DNA of 64,000 nucleotides from an uncultured Rickettsiales bacterium (GTDB lineage Bacteria; Pseudomonadota; Alphaproteobacteria; Rickettsiales; CANDYO01): NCBI GenBank assembly GCA_964356785.1, contig CAYHIS010000001.1, positions 208,998 to 272,997 of the forward strand, read 5' to 3'. Shown piece by piece: positions 58,350 to 64,000 of this stretch (position 1 is its first letter; each line of letters starts with the position of its first letter). The notes under the pieces were generated by a model. It saw only the letters and a program-made list of their open reading frames with translations, ran no database searches and was not told where the DNA came from. The position numbers and the translations under genes were made by a program.

Positions 58350-59555
58350 ATGAGCTTCATATCTGAAAATATAAAAAATAATATTAAACCTTCCATTACT
58401 TTGTTAGTGGATAGCAAAGCAAGAGCTTTAGACGCTGAAGGAAAAGATGTGATTAGTTTAGCTATTGGAGAGCCTGATTTTGATACTCCAGAAAATATAA
58501 AATTAGCAGCAATTGATGCTATAAAAAAAGGCTATACAAAATATGCTCCAGCAGGAGGCATGAAGGAGCTAAAGCAAGCAATAATAAATAAGTTTAAACG
58601 AGATAATAATATAACTTACGCTGAGAACGAAATATGCGTGAGTTCAGGAGCAAAACAAGTAATTTTTAATGCATTAATGGCCACTTTAAATCCAGGAGAT
58701 GAAGTAATCATCATAGCGCCATTTTGGGTCTCTTATCCAGAGATGATTAAAATTTCAAATGGAGTGCCTGTAGTAGTTGAGAATAATAAGGGTAAGGGTT
58801 TTTCTTTAGACATAGAAAATATAGAAAAATCTATTACTCCAAAAATAAAATGGTTAATATTAAACTCGCCAAATAACCCAAGTGGGTATGTATATAGTTA
58901 CGATGAATTAAGAAGGCTAGCAAATATGCTTTTAAAATATGATCATGTGCATGTTTTGAGCGATGATATCTATGAACATCTCGTTTATGATAATAAAAAA
59001 GTCTATAATTTAGTAGAAGTTGAGCCCAAGTTAAAAGATAGAGTACTGATAGTAAATGGCGTTTCAAAAACTTACGCAATGACTGGATGGAGAATTGGTT
59101 TTGGCGCTGGAAGCGCAGAGCTTATAAAAGCTATGGGAATTGTTCAATCTCAAAGCACTTCTGGAGCTTGTTCAATTAGCCAAATGGCAGCTGTTCAAGC
59201 TTTAAATGGGCCGCAAGATTTTGTTTTAAACTCAAAAAACATATATAAGAAAAGACGTGATATGATTCATGAAGAATTCAGTAAAATAGAGGGCTTAAAA
59301 TGCGATCTTCCAGATGGAGCGTTTTATCTTTTTGTAGATTGTTCTAGAATATTTGGTAAAAAAACGCCTAAAGGAATAATCATTAAAGATAGTAATGATT
59401 TGGCTAATTATTTTATTGAGCAAGTATATGTAGCGGTTGTGGCTGGTAGCGCCTTCGGATTAGAAGGTTTCTTCAGGGTTTCTTACGCAACAAGTGAAGA
59501 AAATATTCTTGAAGGAGTTAAGCGGATCAAAGAAGCCTGCGCTTTATTGGTTTAG
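58350..59555 (+). CDS. aatA: aspartate aminotransferase (class I PLP enzyme)
   Basis: 401 aa. GEPDF.TP, N.P.NP.G and SK.YAMTGWRIG (PLP lysine) motifs. Confidence 0.92.
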   Translation: MSFISENIKNNIKPSITLLVDSKARALDAEGKDVISLAIGEPDFDTPENIKLAAIDAIKKGYTKYAPAGGMKELKQAIINKFKRDNNITYAENEICVSSGAKQVIFNALMATLNPGDEVIIIAPFWVSYPEMIKISNGVPVVVENNKGKGFSLDIENIEKSITPKIKWLILNSPNNPSGYVYSYDELRRLANMLLKYDHVHVLSDDIYEHLVYDNKKVYNLVEVEPKLKDRVLIVNGVSKTYAMTGWRIGFGAGSAELIKAMGIVQSQSTSGACSISQMAAVQALNGPQDFVLNSKNIYKKRRDMIHEEFSKIEGLKCDLPDGAFYLFVDCSRIFGKKTPKGIIIKDSNDLANYFIEQVYVAVVAGSAFGLEGFFRVSYATSEENILEGVKRIKEACALLV

Positions 59556-59600
59556 GATTCTTTGACTGTTAGAAAAAATATAATGACAAAAATAAAGAGG

Positions 59601-59630
59601 CTATTATAATTTCTATAAAAATTATAATAG
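59601..59630. promoter_or_regulatory. perfect 12-bp inverted repeat (candidate operator) just upstream of the HTH gene
   Basis: CTATTATAATTT-CTATAA-AAATTATAATAG ends 5 nt before ATG 59636. An operator role is inferred from its position only. Confidence 0.3.
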
Positions 59631-59635
59631 ATAAT

Positions 59636-60091
59636 ATGATAGACCAAGACATCATAATAAGGCAAAGAGAAAAATTTAGAAATTTTATGGAGAAGAATGG
59701 GTTAACTCCGTATTCTTGGGGTAAGAAAGCTGGAGTTGCAGAGGCGACCATTAGACATTACTTAAGTGGAAGAAATAAATCTATAACTGCTGTGAATATT
59801 GAAAAATTAGCAATAGCTGCTGGTGTTGAATCTGATTCTTTACTAAGCGGAGATAGGAGCGGCAATCAAGTCGATATGTCAAATGTTGACTATAATTTAT
59901 TTATCCAAAGTTTTAAAGATATTGCTGAATATATAAAAGATCATAATATCAAATTGGATTCTGTAACTCATGCTAAAGTAGTGCTTGCGTGGTATCAGTT
60001 AGCAAAAATGCCAGATCAAGAGAATCAATTTAATGTTAACTCTCCTGATCTAATAAGTAATTTGCTAAATAAAATTGCCGTTAATGAGTAA
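59636..60091 (+). CDS. XRE/cI-type HTH DNA-binding protein
   Basis: 151 aa. The N-terminal HTH (LTPYSWGKKAGVAEATIRHYLSGRN) resembles phage-repressor N-domains. There is no peptidase domain, and no clear SD. Confidence 0.6.
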   Translation: MIDQDIIIRQREKFRNFMEKNGLTPYSWGKKAGVAEATIRHYLSGRNKSITAVNIEKLAIAAGVESDSLLSGDRSGNQVDMSNVDYNLFIQSFKDIAEYIKDHNIKLDSVTHAKVVLAWYQLAKMPDQENQFNVNSPDLISNLLNKIAVNE

Positions 60092-60192
60092 TATCATTTC
60101 CCATTTTTAATGATACAAATGAATTTTGCGAATCTCGGCTGTGCATCCTCGTTCTTAAATTCATGTGCCTGATTAAAAATGGGTTTTGGTAT
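60091..60192 (+). mobile_element. MITE-like palindromic element, family B, copy 2 (102 bp)
   Basis: ATATCATTTCCCATTTTTAATGATACAAATGAATTTTGCGAATCTCGGCTGTGCATCCTCGTTCTTAAATTCATGTGCCTGATTAAAAATGGGTTTTGGTAT. Collinear with 47303-47427 except for the 23-nt apical segment. Begins at the last base of the HTH gene stop codon. Confidence 0.8.
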
Positions 60193-60197
60193 AAGAG

Positions 60198-61328
60198 TTA
60201 GAGATCTGTACTATCGGTAGAAGGAAAGAAATACTCACTCATCTCTCCAATATAATTAGTAATTTTTCCTACTAAATTATCTTCCTTAGGATAATGCACA
60301 ATGATATGATCAGCATGATGACTTAAAAGCTCATTAGAGATTATTACATTCTCACAAATGAATAATGACTCTTGTCCTGTAATGTTTTTAGGCTTAGATG
60401 CATCATACTTATATTCTATTGTAAGGTTATTATTCTGAACTTGCTCAAAAACTGAACCAATTGTATCACAAGAGAGTTTACCATCAAATTCAGAAATTAC
60501 TTTGATTCTTCCATTTATAGTATAAGTACTCATTCTTACTATCGGTACAATAATCGTGCCTGTATATATTTCTCTAATAATAGTTGCTATGCTTGGAACA
60601 AGAGGGGTATAAAATATAGCCGCAGTACTAGTTATCCCTGGTATATCTTTAAGTAGAAAATCATGCTCAAGAAAGTTTTTAAAGCTCTCAGGCAAAATTT
60701 TATAAACATGCTTAAATATTCCAAGAGAAGGTTGAAGAACATATTCTTGAGTAAGTTTTGCTGAAATAACTTGCGCAACTGATTTTCTTAAGGTGTCTGC
60801 CCAGAAAGGAGTGTTATTCATAGCTTCAAGCCAGGCATTATAATCTAATAGATCTTTTCCTGCATCTTTAATTCTATCTAAGCCATTTAAATACGCCCAA
60901 GCAGGTATTTCACACATAGTATTTGAAGCAAAAACATTATTTCTTAAAGTTGGAAATGATAACAACCACATCTTACACAAGCCTTTTGCAACATCTGCAA
61001 GCGGTCTTTGAATGTCATTTTTTTTAGTACCTCTTTTGATTCCAGCTAGGCTTAGAACTGTATTTTTTCCTGCGCTTACTCCATTTTGAATGAATTGTCC
61101 AGAATAAGTAGAGTCTTTTCTTAAATCTCCAGGATTATACCCGAAAGGAGTAGCAAATGCTGAAATAGCAGCTAATATCCAAGACTTAAAAGATGCAACG
61201 ATAAAATTCTCTGTTGGGAATGGATAAATAATAGGTATTTCCTGATAAAGATTATTTATCGTGACAAACCAAGGCTGCTGCGTATAATGTTCATGAAACA
61301 TTTCAAAAATTGTTTGATTTTTTTTCAT
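60198..61328 (-). CDS. hypothetical protein (no recognisable domain)
   Basis: 376-aa ORF with AAGGAAAG upstream of the ATG. No motifs, signal peptide or TM segments recognised. Confidence 0.55.
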   Translation of the reverse strand: MKKNQTIFEMFHEHYTQQPWFVTINNLYQEIPIIYPFPTENFIVASFKSWILAAISAFATPFGYNPGDLRKDSTYSGQFIQNGVSAGKNTVLSLAGIKRGTKKNDIQRPLADVAKGLCKMWLLSFPTLRNNVFASNTMCEIPAWAYLNGLDRIKDAGKDLLDYNAWLEAMNNTPFWADTLRKSVAQVISAKLTQEYVLQPSLGIFKHVYKILPESFKNFLEHDFLLKDIPGITSTAAIFYTPLVPSIATIIREIYTGTIIVPIVRMSTYTINGRIKVISEFDGKLSCDTIGSVFEQVQNNNLTIEYKYDASKPKNITGQESLFICENVIISNELLSHHADHIIVHYPKEDNLVGKITNYIGEMSEYFFPSTDSTDL

Positions 61329-61423
61329 TTCTTAATCTTTCCTTAAGATTTAAATTTTGATTTTGCATTGTATATAAGATATACTAATATGCAAGTTAAA
61401 AATACAGATGAGGGAGAACATAA

Positions 61424-62080
61424 ATGAAGTTTTTTATTGACTCAGCAGAGATTAATGAGATAAAAGAATTAAATACTTACGGATTAGTTGATGGAGTTAC
61501 CACTAATCCAACTTTAATTTCAAAATCAGGTAAAGATTTCTTTAAAGTTGCCGAAGAAATTTGCTCTATTGTAAATGGTCCAGTGAGTTTAGAAGTTGCT
61601 GCAACTGATTATGAAGGAATGATCGCCGAGGGCATGAGGCTTAGTAAAATAGCCAAAAATGTTGTGATTAAGCTCCCCATGACTCTGTCAGGGCTTAAGG
61701 CCTGCAGGGACTTTGCAAATAAGGGGCTTATGGTTAATTTGACCTTATGCTTTTCAGGCGCTCAAGCAATTTTAGCTGCTAAAGCTGGAGCAAGTTTTGT
61801 CTCTCCTTTTGTTGGCAGATTGGATGATATAGGAGAAGATGGTCTTGGGCTTATAAGTGAAATTTGTGAAATATATAAAAATTACTCCGAATTTAATACC
61901 AAGATTCTAGTTGCTTCAATCAGAAACATTAACCATGTAGTAGAATCTGCAAAAATTGGTGCGGATGTAATTACTGCTCCGGCTAAAGTTCTAAAGCAGT
62001 TGGTAGAACATCCTTTAACAGATAAAGGGTTGGATATTTTTCTCGGTGATTGGCAAAGAACTGGCCAGAAAATTATTTAG
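61424..62080 (+). CDS. tal: transaldolase, short type 3B (TalC/Fsa-like)
   Basis: 218 aa. MKFFIDSA......E......DGVTTNPTL, the catalytic Lys in VIKLPMT, and SPFVGR.DD. Confidence 0.9.
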   Translation: MKFFIDSAEINEIKELNTYGLVDGVTTNPTLISKSGKDFFKVAEEICSIVNGPVSLEVAATDYEGMIAEGMRLSKIAKNVVIKLPMTLSGLKACRDFANKGLMVNLTLCFSGAQAILAAKAGASFVSPFVGRLDDIGEDGLGLISEICEIYKNYSEFNTKILVASIRNINHVVESAKIGADVITAPAKVLKQLVEHPLTDKGLDIFLGDWQRTGQKII

Positions 62081-62098
62081 TTAGATATAAGGAATATT

Positions 62099-63343
62099 AT
62101 GGATTTTATAGAAGAGTTTATCGCGCGTGGATTTTTTCATCAATCTACAGATTTGGAAGGATTAAAAGAACTTACATCATCTAAAAAAATATCAGCTTAT
62201 ATTGGTTTTGATCCCACAGCCTCTTCATTGCATGTTGGTAATTTAATGCAAATAATGATGTTAAGACTTTTGCAGAAGCACGGCCATAAGCCAATAGTTA
62301 TTGTTGGAGGCGGAACTGTAAAAGTTGGTGATCCATCTGGGAAAGATGAAATGCGGAAGATGCTGGACGCTGAAGCAATTGAAAAAAACTTATCCGGAAT
62401 TAAATCTAATTTGTCTAAATATATAAAATTTGGTACAGATGAAAGTAATGCTATTATTTTAAATAATGATGATTGGCTAAAAGATTTAAATTACTTAGAA
62501 TTTTTACGTGATTATGGCAAGCATTTTTCTATCAATAGAATGTTAAAATTCGATAGCATTAAATTAAGATTAGATAGAGAGCAGAACCTCAGCTTCTTAG
62601 AATTTAACTATATGCTATTACAAGCTTATGACTTTGTGGAGCTAAACAGAAGATATAATTGCAGGCTACAAATAGGTGGCTCTGATCAATGGGGGAATAT
62701 TGTTTCCGGAGTTGAGCTTAATCGTCGAATTGGCAATAGTGAAGAGATTTTCGGCCTAACCACTCCTTTGATGACAACGGCAAATGGTGCAAAAATGGGT
62801 AAAAGCGCTAATGGAGCAGTTTGGTTAACTGAAAGCTTGCTTTCTGCATATGATTATTATCAATATTGGCGCAATACTGATGATAGAGATGTAATAAAAT
62901 TCTTAAAGATTTTTACAGATTTACCTTTAGAACAAATTGAGAATTATAATCAATTTGTTGGAACTAATAAAATTAATGATGTTAAAAAGATTCTGGCTTT
63001 TGAAGTTACTAAATTATGTCATGGCGTTGATTTTGCAGAAACTGCAGCTGCTACTGCTATAAAAATGTTTGAAGAAAAAACTTTGTCTGCTGATCTTCCA
63101 ACGCTAGAAATCGCTAAGGAAAAATTGGAGCCAGGTATTGCAGCTTATAGCATATTTAACCAAGCAGGACTTGCAGAATCTGGAGGAGAAGCGCGTAGAT
63201 TAATTCGTGGTAATGGGGCTAAAATAAATGATAAGACAGTTTCGGATGAGAATTTATTAGTTAATCTAGCCTATTGTAATGAAGATGGTATTATTAAACT
63301 TAGCGCAGGTAAAAAGAGACACGCGCTGATAAAGCTTGCTTAA
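62099..63343 (+). CDS. tyrS: tyrosine--tRNA ligase
   Basis: HIGH-type HVGN, KMSKS-type KMGKS, C-terminal S4-like domain. Confidence 0.95.
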   Translation: MDFIEEFIARGFFHQSTDLEGLKELTSSKKISAYIGFDPTASSLHVGNLMQIMMLRLLQKHGHKPIVIVGGGTVKVGDPSGKDEMRKMLDAEAIEKNLSGIKSNLSKYIKFGTDESNAIILNNDDWLKDLNYLEFLRDYGKHFSINRMLKFDSIKLRLDREQNLSFLEFNYMLLQAYDFVELNRRYNCRLQIGGSDQWGNIVSGVELNRRIGNSEEIFGLTTPLMTTANGAKMGKSANGAVWLTESLLSAYDYYQYWRNTDDRDVIKFLKIFTDLPLEQIENYNQFVGTNKINDVKKILAFEVTKLCHGVDFAETAAATAIKMFEEKTLSADLPTLEIAKEKLEPGIAAYSIFNQAGLAESGGEARRLIRGNGAKINDKTVSDENLLVNLAYCNEDGIIKLSAGKKRHALIKLA

Positions 63344-63400
63344 GAATTAATCTTTCTGCATACTAAATAATAGTGAAATAAATTAATTATTATATAAAGC

Positions 63401-64000
63401 ATGTTTTTTATAAGAGCCTTAGTAAAATTTAGAAGTTTCTTTCCTAAAAAAAAGAAAAAAGAAAAGGAAGAAAAAAATTCATTTCTATCTCTTTTAAGAA
63501 AATTATTTTTGAAAAAGAAGAAAAACCTTAATCCTCAAAATAAAAAGAAAGCTCTTAGAAAGAAAAAACAAAAATCACCTGAAAGTGATGGTTTAGATGA
63601 TTCTATATCTTCTATAAGCAAGGCTCTTCAAAAGTATGAAGAGTTTATACAAAAAGATTTCTTCATGATAATCCAAGAGACTAAAGCCCTTTTAAGGGAA
63701 TGGAGGTCCAATATAGTTGCGCTTATAACTGCAAAGAAAAATCCTAAAATTGACGTTCTTTCGACAGATCTTATAGAAATTGAGGATCTATATAGAGATT
63801 CGGAAAGAATGTTAAATAATTTTGTAGATCAGTGCGTGGAATATCAAGCAATTGTTAAGGATGCGAACAGGAGTACACTCCCACAAACCAAATTAACTAG
63901 CCTACAATTCCAGGTTACCAGAATAAGAGGTAGGCTAGAAAAGGGCAGGGACCTAACAGATCTTCAGCTTAATAAAGATTATAGATATCTTGCTGGGTAT
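63401..64000 (+). CDS. hypothetical protein with Lys-rich N-terminus (3' end outside the window)
   Basis: I translated it by hand. It starts at ATG 63401 and has 200 codons with no stop up to the window edge (MFFIRALVKFRSFFPKKKKKEKEEKNSF...LQLNKDYRYLAGY). It is absent from the ORF track, presumably because no stop codon falls in the window. Confidence 0.5.
   Translation, partial: MFFIRALVKFRSFFPKKKKKEKEEKNSFLSLLRKLFLKKKKNLNPQNKKKALRKKKQKSPESDGLDDSISSISKALQKYEEFIQKDFFMIIQETKALLREWRSNIVALITAKKNPKIDVLSTDLIEIEDLYRDSERMLNNFVDQCVEYQAIVKDANRSTLPQTKLTSLQFQVTRIRGRLEKGRDLTDLQLNKDYRYLAGY

Overview
This is an AT-rich, gene-dense chromosomal window (about one-third G+C by eye, not computed). Its gene content reads like an obligate-intracellular, Rickettsiales-type alphaproteobacterium: recA, hflK-hflC-degP, a giant NAD-glutamate dehydrogenase, pccB, aatA, murF-mraY, mreB, lpxC and mlaA/mlaC, plus an rvh-like type IV secretion operon. 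That operon runs virB8, a short virB9, virB10 and virB11 on the minus strand. I support about 58 CDSs and 2 tRNAs (Thr-GGU and initiator Met-CAU). I found no rRNA, CRISPR array, transposase or phage genes.

The most interesting signals are these:
1. The T4SS operon does not end in virD4. It ends in a tandemly duplicated pair of orphan genes, and a roughly 77-bp relic of the virB11 3' end sits between the two copies. The paralogues are mosaic, with near-identical termini and a diverged core.
2. An RPE-like palindromic element is inserted in frame in the G-domain of mnmE, and one and a half copies of it lie in an intergenic spacer.
3. At least four families of short palindromic or MITE-like elements all share ATACC...GGTAT termini. 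One family shows compensatory changes in its two arms between copies.
4. Several orphan candidate-effector ORFs lie next to these elements or next to the T4SS.
5. The window also holds a BrnT/BrnA-like toxin-antitoxin pair in reversed gene order behind a consensus promoter, an orphan HigA, a class II Fic protein next to tRNA-Thr, and two paralogous hybrid histidine kinases.

All functional calls rest on motifs read directly from the translations. No database search was possible.
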